DNA from: Leptospiraceae bacterium
Lineage (GTDB): Bacteria; Spirochaetota; Leptospiria; Leptospirales; Leptonemataceae
DNA: 64,000 nt
Assembly (NCBI GenBank): GCA_040217195.1
Contig: JAVJNR010000008.1
Location: 1-64,000, forward strand
Direction of reading: 5' to 3'
The position numbers and the translations under genes are program-made. The notes beneath the pieces are model-generated. The model made no database searches, was not told where the DNA came from, and saw only the letters and a program-made list of their open reading frames with translations. The first letter of the stretch is position 1, and the number at the start of each line of letters is the position of its first letter. This document shows, in pieces, positions 1-8,654 of this stretch.

Positions 1-1
1 T

Positions 2-559
2 TCCAACAGCTGCGAAATTTACACCCACTCTACCGGTGGTCTGGTACTGGCTGCTTACTTCGGACTGAACAATCCATCTGGAATGAACATCAGCCGAATT
101 CAGCTAATGGCCAGTGCAGCCGGTGGATCGGAGCTTGCTGATATTTCAACCAGTTACCTGGGCTGGCTGGGGTTTGATACCCTGGGCGGTGAACTGGATG
201 AATCTGTAAGTACTCGCGGGGCTAGAAATGGATTTAACCATTACCAGTCTCGAGGAAGAACCTATTACACCACTTCCGGTGAAGGTACAGACTACCTGTA
301 TGCTACCAGTCCTTTCCTACCGGGAAAAGACGATGGCGTACTGGCCAACCACTCGCTTTGCAATGTAAACACTGTGAAGAGCGTGGATCAGTCCTGTACA
401 CGGGGAAATGGAACTATGACTCGTTCCTATTCCTGTGGCTTCCTGTGGCTGAGCACCTGCTACGATCGTAGCTATCGCTGGTCACCATACTATACAGTTT
501 ATCGGGGCGGTGGCGGACACTCGCATGGCGATGCCAAGCGGGACTACAACCGTCGATAA
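2..559 (+). CDS. Secreted lipase-like alpha/beta-hydrolase, 5'-truncated by window edge; paralog of 975..1826
   Basis: Frame is open from nt 2 (SNSCEIYTHSTGGLVLAAYFGLNNPSGMNISR...). Near-identical to the downstream paralog. THSTGG elbow, DDGVL and GHSH motifs. Confidence 0.8.
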   Translation, partial: SNSCEIYTHSTGGLVLAAYFGLNNPSGMNISRIQLMASAAGGSELADISTSYLGWLGFDTLGGELDESVSTRGARNGFNHYQSRGRTYYTTSGEGTDYLYATSPFLPGKDDGVLANHSLCNVNTVKSVDQSCTRGNGTMTRSYSCGFLWLSTCYDRSYRWSPYYTVYRGGGGHSHGDAKRDYNRR

Positions 560-569
560 GTTCTGGCTC

Positions 570-600
570 AAGCCGGGCTCCCTGTGGGCCCGGCTTTTTT
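570..600 (+). terminator. Rho-independent terminator
   Basis: AAGCCGGGCTC-CCTGT-GGGCCCGGCTT stem followed by a T run, 10 nt after the stop. Confidence 0.85.
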
Positions 601-695
601 CCTCTCTCTTGAAAGCAGTGACCTGAATTCAATTTACGTGCTCCCGATTGGCCCCGGATAGCTGAATCTAAACCCGAAATAAACGTCCATTCCCC

Positions 696-888
696 GCGCT
701 TACATTTGTTCTAACCGTTTTCAACGTGCGATCGCCGCTTACAGATTGCCATTTTTGACGGAATTCGTATGATCCAGGACCAAATCCTGGCCATTTCACG
801 TAGCGAAATACTCCCCGAGGATTACAAATTTCGTCAAATCCCGATGTGTATGCGGTCAGAGGGTTAAAAAAACCGGCTTCTGTAACGC
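696..888. repeat. Long imperfect inverted repeat (possible structured ncRNA or degenerate element)
   Basis: 735-748 pairs with 842-855 (11/14). 754-775 pairs with 819-838. Outer arms 696-704 and 881-888. Internal hairpin CCAGGA/TCCTGG. Confidence 0.5.
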
Positions 889-911
889 TGCTTATACTTT
901 TTTTATGGACA

Positions 912-939
912 TTGACATAGTGTCAGATCCAATTATGGT
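912..939 (+). promoter_or_regulatory. Sigma70-like promoter with an overlapping palindrome
   Basis: TTGACA (912-917), 16-nt spacer, TATGGT (934-939). TGACA-TAG-TGTCA palindrome at 913-925. RBS GAGGAG at 962-967. Confidence 0.55.
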
Positions 940-974
940 CAAAACAGCCCTTCGGGGTAATGAGGAGTGTTCAA

Positions 975-1826
975 ATGAAGAAATTGGCTTTAATGGCCGT
1001 GCTGCTTTTCGTAGCATCTCAGGGCCTATCGGCGGCCACTTACAAACTGTTCGTACATGGTCGATCGGGGGACAACCACTGTCGTTCTCTGACCAGTACT
1101 TCCAGCGGTACCTATGATTACAGGAACTACTGGGGTGGCGCTGTAAAAGGACTGAGCAACGTACGTTATGTAGGTTTCAATGGAACCAAAAACGGCGGAG
1201 CTTATAGCTGGGAAACCTGCGGCGCGCAAAAGCAGCTTCACGATGCTCTACGCACATTCTGCACGGGATCCAATTCGTGTGAAATTTACACCCACTCGAC
1301 TGGTGGTCTGGTACTTGCCGCTTACTTCGGACTGAACAATCCATCTGGATTGAACATTCGTCGTATTCAGTTAATGGCCAGTGCAGCCGGTGGATCGGAG
1401 CTTGCTGATATATCAACAAGTTATCTTGGATGGCTGGGTTTCGATACTCTTGGCGGTGAGCTGGATCAATCTGTGAGTACCCGTGGTGCTCGGAACGGAT
1501 TTAACCACTACCAATCCAGAGGTAGAACCTACTATACAACTTCAGGTACAGGAAGTGATTACTTGAAAGTAACCAGTCCGCTCCTTCCAGGAAAAGACGA
1601 TGGTGTACTGGCGAATCACTCACTTTGCAACGTAAACACAGTTAAGGCTGTGAAAGTGAATTGTACTCGAGGAAATAGCCGTCTGGTTCGGTCTTATCGT
1701 TGTGGCTTTCTATGGACAAAAACGTGCCGTGACTACAGCTACCGCTGGAGCCCGTATTATACGGTTCACCAGGGTGGAAGTGGCCACTCACACCGAGATG
1801 CCAATAGCGATTACAACCGTCGATAA
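975..1826 (+). CDS. Secreted cysteine-rich lipase-like alpha/beta-hydrolase
   Basis: Signal peptide MKKLALMAVLLFVASQGLSA. FVHG oxyanion-type motif, THSTGG nucleophile elbow, DDGVL acid, C-terminal GHSH. Start set at ATG 975 by the RBS. Confidence 0.8.
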   Translation: MKKLALMAVLLFVASQGLSAATYKLFVHGRSGDNHCRSLTSTSSGTYDYRNYWGGAVKGLSNVRYVGFNGTKNGGAYSWETCGAQKQLHDALRTFCTGSNSCEIYTHSTGGLVLAAYFGLNNPSGLNIRRIQLMASAAGGSELADISTSYLGWLGFDTLGGELDQSVSTRGARNGFNHYQSRGRTYYTTSGTGSDYLKVTSPLLPGKDDGVLANHSLCNVNTVKAVKVNCTRGNSRLVRSYRCGFLWTKTCRDYSYRWSPYYTVHQGGSGHSHRDANSDYNRR

Positions 1827-1862
1827 GGTTGGATCCTGAAAACCTCCTTCGGGATGGTTTGC

Positions 1863-1890
1863 AAGCCGGGTCTCTGGGCCCGGCTTTTTC
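1863..1890 (+). terminator. Rho-independent terminator
   Basis: AAGCCGGGT-CTCTGG-GCCCGGCTT plus T run; same stem as the paralog terminator. Confidence 0.8.
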
Positions 1891-2027
1891 TATTGTAGCC
1901 TCCAGGTCCCACTTTTTGAAGGGCTGAAAGCCGAAAGGCCGCTCGAAAACAGTTTCAGTTTTGATTGATTTCTACCTTCCCTGTTATATCCCGTCCACTA
2001 ACCTGGATTACCAGGTCAGGTTTATCC

Positions 2028-2954
2028 ATGTCCGGCACATTCAATAGAATATTCGTTACATTTTTGCTATCCATACTCTTGCTACTGGGGCCATCCTGCA
2101 GTGTGCTCTTCTGGAAGCCCGTTTCTCAAAGCGTAGATGCACGGTGGGCCAACAGCCGGGTCTATGAAGTATTGCTACATTTTGAAACCAGAATGAGCTG
2201 GAATCCCTGGAGTCAGGCAGCCGTAAATCGTAACTATAGCACCGAAATTATACTTCATGCGGTTCGAAACGGTCAGGTTGAAGAATCTAGATCTCTGATA
2301 ACATTTGAAGGCTGGGTCCTTCCAGAGTCCTTTTATCCCTACGCTCGGGGTTTTGTTATGCAAAGGGGCACTTCGGATCAGCTGGGCGAGGGCAAGCGAG
2401 AAGTCTATTCCATCAATGTTGCATCCGACAGAAAATCGGCCACCGGGAAGATACTGATTGAGCCAGAAAGACAGATCCAGGGCTTATTCGTAACTCCGGA
2501 TGGGCGGACTCTGGCTCTTTTTACCAGTGATGCGGACCCGTCCGAGCCCGGTGGAGAGATTCATTATGCCTTTTATTCCCTGGCAGGAACCACGGTGCAC
2601 AAGGATCCTGTCTTACTCTCAGACGGTTCCTTTCCTTTTGAGGGAGCTCCCGGGTTGCCTGAACTTACCTGGGGAAATGGCATGGATCGAGTCTATGCTC
2701 GATTGCCCGCGGTGGTTCTTGAAATTGAAGCATCCACGGGTGAAATAAGGGATGCTGAAAGATTTCCCGCCTGTTTCGACATGGTCAGGGTTCCTCCCTT
2801 TGTAAGCGCTCAGGGATTTCGATTTGCCAGAAGCGAAGAGGGACTGGCAATCATCGATGAAGGGAAGAAGCTCCCATCGCCTTTTGCTTTTGTTCCTATG
2901 ATCGAAGACATGGCCGGCATTTCCACCGATTGCAAGCAGTATCTGATTCGATAG
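2028..2954 (+). CDS. Hypothetical lipoprotein
   Basis: Hydrophobic N-terminus ending LLLLGPSC (spirochaetal lipobox-like). ATG 2028 preferred over TTG 1965. Confidence 0.6.
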   Translation: MSGTFNRIFVTFLLSILLLLGPSCSVLFWKPVSQSVDARWANSRVYEVLLHFETRMSWNPWSQAAVNRNYSTEIILHAVRNGQVEESRSLITFEGWVLPESFYPYARGFVMQRGTSDQLGEGKREVYSINVASDRKSATGKILIEPERQIQGLFVTPDGRTLALFTSDADPSEPGGEIHYAFYSLAGTTVHKDPVLLSDGSFPFEGAPGLPELTWGNGMDRVYARLPAVVLEIEASTGEIRDAERFPACFDMVRVPPFVSAQGFRFARSEEGLAIIDEGKKLPSPFAFVPMIEDMAGISTDCKQYLIR

Positions 2955-3337
2955 TGCGGCAATTGTTCTACAGCAATCCGGTTGTCGTCCAGGCAGCCAT
3001 TCCAGAACATCCGAAGGCCCTTCGGGTACAGCTACCGGAACCTCCCAACGGAGACCAGGAAGATCAGGCATTTATTTACCGAATCGAAGGAGCCCTGACA
3101 GGATTCTTCAACCGTTGTGGCCATGTTCGAGTGCCACTGGATCTGGATGATGGAAATTTCTTCGATCTAGAAGGAATGATTATTTGTAGGGTCCATGGGG
3201 CTAGATTCGATGAGAAGCAGGGCCATTGTTTGATGGGGCCTGCCTATACTGGACTGCATCGTCTAATACTTGAAGAAACCGAATCAGCAGTCCAGGTTCT
3301 TGGATGGGAAGGCCCCCTGCCTGCCAGAAACTATTGA
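2954..3337 (+). CDS. Rieske [2Fe-2S] domain protein
   Basis: NRCGH and CRVHGARF Rieske ligand motifs, then G.C..GP. GTG start overlaps the upstream TAG. Confidence 0.85.
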   Translation: MRQLFYSNPVVVQAAIPEHPKALRVQLPEPPNGDQEDQAFIYRIEGALTGFFNRCGHVRVPLDLDDGNFFDLEGMIICRVHGARFDEKQGHCLMGPAYTGLHRLILEETESAVQVLGWEGPLPARNY

Positions 3338-3379
3338 TTTTCCTCTTTACTTGCAGCGCGTACCCTTTCTTTGAAAGGT

Positions 3380-6121
3380 ATGGACAGTTCTATTCTCTAT
3401 GGTGACCAGGCCCATCAACTTGAAGAGCTCTATGAAAGGTATTTAAACGATCCGTCTTCAGTAAGCTCTGACTGGGCTCGATTCTTTGCAGACCTGGGGA
3501 ATGGACGGGCAGGCTCCAATGGACAGTCGGTAGCAGCCTCCGCTGGCTCCGGAGTCGTTTCCACTGGTATTGCCGGAGAGCGCCGCAAGGCTCAGTCAGT
3601 TCAGCAACTGGTTTTAGAATATAGAAGACAGGGATATCTGGCATCCAGACTGGATCCTCTTGGACTTGTTCAGCCCGATCGAAGTCGTCTGGAGCTCACT
3701 CTCTATGGTCTTACCGAGGCCGATCTAAACGAATCCTTTGAATCTGGAATACCTTCCCTGGGAGCCAGACCCTTGAAGGAAATCATAGATCATTATGAGA
3801 GTATCTATTGCGGTTCTATAGGATGTGAGCACTACTATATTCGTAATCGTGCCGAAAGAATGTGGCTGCAAGAACGGATAGAGTCTCCGGAATTCAATGC
3901 TCCTCTGGACAAATATACCAGGCTTCGATTATACGAAAAGGTATATCAGGCAGAACACTTTGAACGTTTTCTTGCTACTAAATACGTGGGGAAGAAACGA
4001 TTCAGCCTGGAAGGCGGCGAATCCTTAATACCTCTTCTAGATACTGCCATTGAGCGAGGCGGGGAAACAGACCTGGAAGGAATGGTCATTGGAATGGCTC
4101 ACCGGGGGCGATTGAATGTTCTGGTGAATGTCCTGGAAAAACCCGCAGGACTTATCTTTGCCGAATTTGATGAGAACTACAATCCAGAGACTCTGGATTA
4201 TGCTGATGTTAAATACCATCTTGGTCATTCCAATCGTAAGATGACCCGTAGCGGTCGAGAAGTGGCCCTTTCTCTTCTGTTCAATCCAAGTCATCTGGAG
4301 GCCGTAAATCCAGTGGTACTGGGAAGCGTTCGCGCCAGACAACGGGTGAACCATGACGAGGAACGCAAAAAGTATCTTCCTGTACTGATTCATGGCGATG
4401 CGGCCTTTATTGGTCAGGGCGTTGTGGCTGAATCCTTGAACTTTATGAACCTCCAGGGGTATCGCCTGGGCGGATGCTTGCATATTATCGTCAACAATCA
4501 GATCGGATTTACTACAGTTCCTTCTGAATCACGCTCCACAGCCTTTGCCACGGACCTGGCCAAGGGATTCCAGATTCCTATTTTTCATGTCAATGGGGAC
4601 GATCCGGACGCTGTATTTCGTGTAGCTCGTCTCTGTATGGATTATAGACTAACCTTCGGTAAGGATGCCATAATCGATCTAATCTGCTATCGCAAACTGG
4701 GACACAATGAAACCGATGAGCCGGCATTTACTCAGCCCAGGATGTACGATAAAATCAAGAATCATCCATCCGTGGCCACTCTGTATGAAAAGAAAATTGG
4801 TCGCAGCGAAGAGATTACAGAGGATGAAATCGAGTTCATCAAGAATGGAATCAACGAAGGACTGGAGCAATCCTTCAAAAAGGCCCGGCAATCCAATCAA
4901 AGAATGCAGGTAGATACACTTCGTGGAGTCTGGTCAGACTACACCCATGGCGAATTGGATTCAGAACCGGAAACCAGGTTGCTGGCAGAGCAACTGGAAA
5001 GAGTGGGCGGGGCGCTCACCACTGTACCTGAAGGATTTAATCTTCATAAGAAGCTGGGCAAACTGGTGGATCTTCGCAGAAAAATGATTTCAGGGCAGCA
5101 GGGTATTGACTGGGGTATGGCGGAGGCCCTGGCTTTTGGTTCTATCCTGGAAAACGGTCATGATATTCGTATGTCTGGCCAGGATGTTCGTCGAGGCACC
5201 TTTTCGCATAGGCACGCTGTATTTACTGATACGGAGAACGAAAATCTGTGGATTCCATTGAATCAGATCTCAGAAAAACAGGGCACCCTGGATATTCATA
5301 ATTCGCCGCTGAGCGAATACTCTGTGGTAGGCTATGAATATGGTTATTCGCTGAGTGATCCCCATGCTCTTGTAATATGGGAAGCGCAATTCGGTGACTT
5401 CGTTAATGGTGCGCAGATAATCATTGATCAATTTATCTCCTCCTCTGAAGTGAAGTGGTATCGATTGAGCGGCCTTGTGATGCTTCTGCCCCATGGGTAT
5501 GAGGGGCAGGGCCCGGAGCATTCCAGCGCACGCCTTGAGCGCTTTTTGCAACTCTGTGCGAAGAATAACCTTTACGTTGTGAACTGCACCACTCCGGCCC
5601 AGTATTTCCATCTGCTGCGCAGACAGATCCTCAGTAAAACGCGTCGACCATTGATTGTAATGACCCCCAAGAGTCTATTGCGACATCCCATGGCAACATC
5701 CAGCCTGGACGATATCAAAACCGGTCTGTTTGAGGAATTGCTAACCGATGATCGGGCCGGAAAGGACAAGGTACTTTTATTCTGTTCGGGTAAGATCTAT
5801 TACGATTTGATAAAATCAATGGAAGAAAGAGAGATAGAGGATATCTCATTGAATCGTCTTGAGCAGATGTATCCGTTTCCAGAAAAGGACATTCAGGATG
5901 TATTGAAAAAAAGCAGTGCCGGTATTGTGCGATGGGTCCAGGAGGAACCGATTAATCAGGGCGCGTGGCAGTTTGTGGAAGATCGATTCAATGCACTTCT
6001 TACGGATAAACGAATACAGCCTGTGGCCCGTCCAGAATCTCCTTCGCCGGCCGCCGGACTTCACAGTATTCATGCTTCGGAACAGCAGGATATAATGGAC
6101 CGAGCTCTTTCCTATAAATGA
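3380..6121 (+). CDS. sucA: 2-oxoglutarate dehydrogenase E1 component
   Basis: KRFSLEGGE, GMAHRGRLN, HGDAAF..QG (ThDP), NNQIGFTT, WEAQFGDF, PHGYEGQGPEHSS motifs. Confidence 0.97.
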   Translation: MDSSILYGDQAHQLEELYERYLNDPSSVSSDWARFFADLGNGRAGSNGQSVAASAGSGVVSTGIAGERRKAQSVQQLVLEYRRQGYLASRLDPLGLVQPDRSRLELTLYGLTEADLNESFESGIPSLGARPLKEIIDHYESIYCGSIGCEHYYIRNRAERMWLQERIESPEFNAPLDKYTRLRLYEKVYQAEHFERFLATKYVGKKRFSLEGGESLIPLLDTAIERGGETDLEGMVIGMAHRGRLNVLVNVLEKPAGLIFAEFDENYNPETLDYADVKYHLGHSNRKMTRSGREVALSLLFNPSHLEAVNPVVLGSVRARQRVNHDEERKKYLPVLIHGDAAFIGQGVVAESLNFMNLQGYRLGGCLHIIVNNQIGFTTVPSESRSTAFATDLAKGFQIPIFHVNGDDPDAVFRVARLCMDYRLTFGKDAIIDLICYRKLGHNETDEPAFTQPRMYDKIKNHPSVATLYEKKIGRSEEITEDEIEFIKNGINEGLEQSFKKARQSNQRMQVDTLRGVWSDYTHGELDSEPETRLLAEQLERVGGALTTVPEGFNLHKKLGKLVDLRRKMISGQQGIDWGMAEALAFGSILENGHDIRMSGQDVRRGTFSHRHAVFTDTENENLWIPLNQISEKQGTLDIHNSPLSEYSVVGYEYGYSLSDPHALVIWEAQFGDFVNGAQIIIDQFISSSEVKWYRLSGLVMLLPHGYEGQGPEHSSARLERFLQLCAKNNLYVVNCTTPAQYFHLLRRQILSKTRRPLIVMTPKSLLRHPMATSSLDDIKTGLFEELLTDDRAGKDKVLLFCSGKIYYDLIKSMEEREIEDISLNRLEQMYPFPEKDIQDVLKKSSAGIVRWVQEEPINQGAWQFVEDRFNALLTDKRIQPVARPESPSPAAGLHSIHASEQQDIMDRALSYK

Positions 6122-6264
6122 TGAATGATGCCCTGGTGCAATGCGAAAAACAATTGTGCAGTGCTCCCGGGGTATGCGAAACCATTGTGTCCAGTTAGGT
6201 ACAGCTTGTTCACACTTTTTTAAGCAAATCAAAAAATACTTAATTCATTTAAATGGAATATTAG

Positions 6265-6293
6265 TTGACGAAAGGCCGGACTGGTTTTAGAAC
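6265..6293 (+). promoter_or_regulatory. Putative sigma70 promoter
   Basis: TTGACG-N17-TAGAAC with an AT-rich tract upstream; RBS AAGGAG before ATG 6325. Confidence 0.45.
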
Positions 6294-6324
6294 CCGAGGA
6301 TCAATCTTATGTAAGGAGAGATCT

Positions 6325-6612
6325 ATGATTAAAAAGATCGGACTGACAATGAGTCTTCTGGCTGCTCTGGCACTGTTTAACTGCGCGAGCATCGACAAGA
6401 CTACCGTAAAAGGAAAGGAAGTTGTAACATCTACACATGCAGCTCCAGTGATTTTCACTGCACTGGGCGCTCCTGTAACCAAGTGTCTGGATGACCTGGA
6501 CGAAGAAGGTGTAACCACTGTTACTAATGCAAATGGTGCGCCTACGAATGGTCTGTTTTCAATCAGCCGACTGACTGGTTCTGAGCAGTGCCAGGCTACT
6601 GGCGTTAAGTAA
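6325..6612 (+). CDS. Small lipoprotein (95 aa) with two further Cys
   Basis: MIKKIGLTMSLLAALALFNC signal/lipobox; strong RBS. Confidence 0.75.
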   Translation: MIKKIGLTMSLLAALALFNCASIDKTTVKGKEVVTSTHAAPVIFTALGAPVTKCLDDLDEEGVTTVTNANGAPTNGLFSISRLTGSEQCQATGVK

Positions 6613-6628
6613 TCGACCAGATTCTATG

Positions 6629-6653
6629 GGCCGGTGCTTCGCGCCGGCCTTTT
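6629..6653 (+). terminator. Terminator-like hairpin between the lipoprotein and the DUF4105 gene
   Basis: GGCCGGTGC-TTC-GCGCCGGCC followed by TTTT, ending 6 nt before ATG 6660. Confidence 0.65.
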
Positions 6654-6659
6654 CCTTGC

Positions 6660-8621
6660 ATGCCTGCCCGCAATATTCTAACTTTCATATTTCTGCTAAG
6701 TCTAAGTCCGCAATACCTCCTGGCGGAAACTCTGTACACTCCCGAGCAGCTCAGGCGATGGGCGATCAACGGAAATCTACATCGCTCTGCGTACTGGCAT
6801 AAATTGCTGGGCTACAAGCAAGAGCCCTTTAGTTATGAATCTGCCACCGATGGTAAGTCCTTTTTCTTTTCCGCCGAGGGTTATCGCAATCCAGAAGCGG
6901 AGATAATAGCTACTCTGGAAGCATTTCTGCGGCCAGTACCGGACAATTCGGATAATCATCCCATTTGCAGGTTTCCAGCTAGATTCCACTGGCTAACGGA
7001 AACTCTGAGTCTGGATCGTAATCGTTTTCCTTCGCCTTCCTGTGAGGAGTATAATGAGTTTGCACAACACCTGAAAGCGGACTCCCTATCCTATGTATTC
7101 GCCTCTTATTATTCCGGTCACCCGGCCTCCTTATTCGGACATACTTTTCTAAAGTTTAACCAAACAGACTCTTCGGATGTGTCTGTGGTAGCTGCAGACC
7201 CCAGCATTTCCTATGGAGCTCGGGTAACGAGTACCAATCCAATGATCTATTTTCTGGATGGGATGTTTGGAGGTTTTGATGGCACTCTGGAACTTCAGCC
7301 TTTTAAGAATCATCTTCAGGCCTATACGGAAGGAGAGCAGCGGGATCTATGGGAGTTTAAACTGAACCTGCGAAAGGAGGAAATCGATCAGCTTATCCGT
7401 GCTGCCTGGGAAATGAATTCTACGCATTATGATTATTATTTCTTGAGCGAGAATTGTTCTTATCGACTGCTTAACCTTCTGGAGCTGGCTCGTCCCGGCC
7501 TGAACCTGGCTGATTCTTATTTCTGGAACGTGCATCCTGCAGATACGGTGAAGCAGGTAGTCGATGGAAAGGAAATGGCTCGCTCTCTAATTTTTTATTC
7601 AGCCACGGAAACCCGCTATCGCAAGAAGGTTCTGTTGCTGAGCGATGAGGGAAAAGAAGCCATGCTTGCCCTGAGCAATTCTGAGAATCCTCAAATGGAG
7701 AATCTGTCCATTCAGGAAAAGGCTCTGGTTTATGAGGTGGCTGCAGATCGAGTTCTTTTGCAGGCTGATGGTAATGGCAGTCTTACCGAGGAAAAGAAAC
7801 AATTACTCAGATCTCTTTTAGATACCCGGGCCTCCCGTTTTACCGGCAATCTTCCGAAATACGAAGTATTTCCGGAAGGCAGGAACCCTTTAATCGGGCA
7901 TGAAAGTACTTTGTTCAGCGTATCCGGCGGGCAATCAAGTCTGGGCTCCTTCTCAGAATTTAGATTTCGTCCAGCACTGCATGATTTACATGATCGAGCC
8001 CGTGGCTATTCTCCGTATGGAGAGCTAGAATTCTTTACTCTCAGGTTGCGTGCCTACAGCGAAGAATCCAGAATTGAGCTGGAGGATTTTGTGCTGATGA
8101 ATATGATGAGTATGGATCCTGTGACCACCGGACTGTGGCCTTTGTCCTGGGAAGTAAAAATGGGTGTGCGATCCCTGGCCTCTTCGCTGTATCAAAAGGA
8201 ATTTCAGCCGGAGTATCTGGAAGAACTGACATTTTTTTCGAATCAGAAAACGGATCCGTATCATCATGCAGCGTACGCAACCATGCGGGGCGGCTATAGC
8301 TGGGAGCCAGATCTTGGTCTGGATGAGGGGTCCATTTTGTTTTATGGATTGGCCGGAATTTCCGTGGAGTCTGGACAGGGTATTTCTTCGCAGCTGGTGC
8401 CATCTGTGCGCACCGGTATCTTAATTCGGCCATTTTCTGTTTGGAGTCTGCGACTGGATTATGTAGGAGCATACTATTCCGATGACTCCCTTGCACGAGA
8501 CCGTCTGGACTTCTATAGCAACCTGGCCATTACTCGAAGCTTCGCCCTGGAACTGGGCTACCGAGGTCATCCAGATAATGGATATTCGGAAGCCCATGCA
8601 TCGATTAAGTACTATTTCTAG
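6660..8621 (+). CDS. DUF4105 / Lnb-like protein with C-terminal outer-membrane beta-barrel-like region
   Basis: Signal peptide. W.KLL.Y, CRFPARF.W, PASLFGHTFL and YYFLSENCSY motifs. Alternating beta-strands ending in aromatic KYYF. Confidence 0.8.
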   Translation: MPARNILTFIFLLSLSPQYLLAETLYTPEQLRRWAINGNLHRSAYWHKLLGYKQEPFSYESATDGKSFFFSAEGYRNPEAEIIATLEAFLRPVPDNSDNHPICRFPARFHWLTETLSLDRNRFPSPSCEEYNEFAQHLKADSLSYVFASYYSGHPASLFGHTFLKFNQTDSSDVSVVAADPSISYGARVTSTNPMIYFLDGMFGGFDGTLELQPFKNHLQAYTEGEQRDLWEFKLNLRKEEIDQLIRAAWEMNSTHYDYYFLSENCSYRLLNLLELARPGLNLADSYFWNVHPADTVKQVVDGKEMARSLIFYSATETRYRKKVLLLSDEGKEAMLALSNSENPQMENLSIQEKALVYEVAADRVLLQADGNGSLTEEKKQLLRSLLDTRASRFTGNLPKYEVFPEGRNPLIGHESTLFSVSGGQSSLGSFSEFRFRPALHDLHDRARGYSPYGELEFFTLRLRAYSEESRIELEDFVLMNMMSMDPVTTGLWPLSWEVKMGVRSLASSLYQKEFQPEYLEELTFFSNQKTDPYHHAAYATMRGGYSWEPDLGLDEGSILFYGLAGISVESGQGISSQLVPSVRTGILIRPFSVWSLRLDYVGAYYSDDSLARDRLDFYSNLAITRSFALELGYRGHPDNGYSEAHASIKYYF

Positions 8622-8654
8622 AAAGCCACTGTGCGAATTCCACAACGGCTTGCT

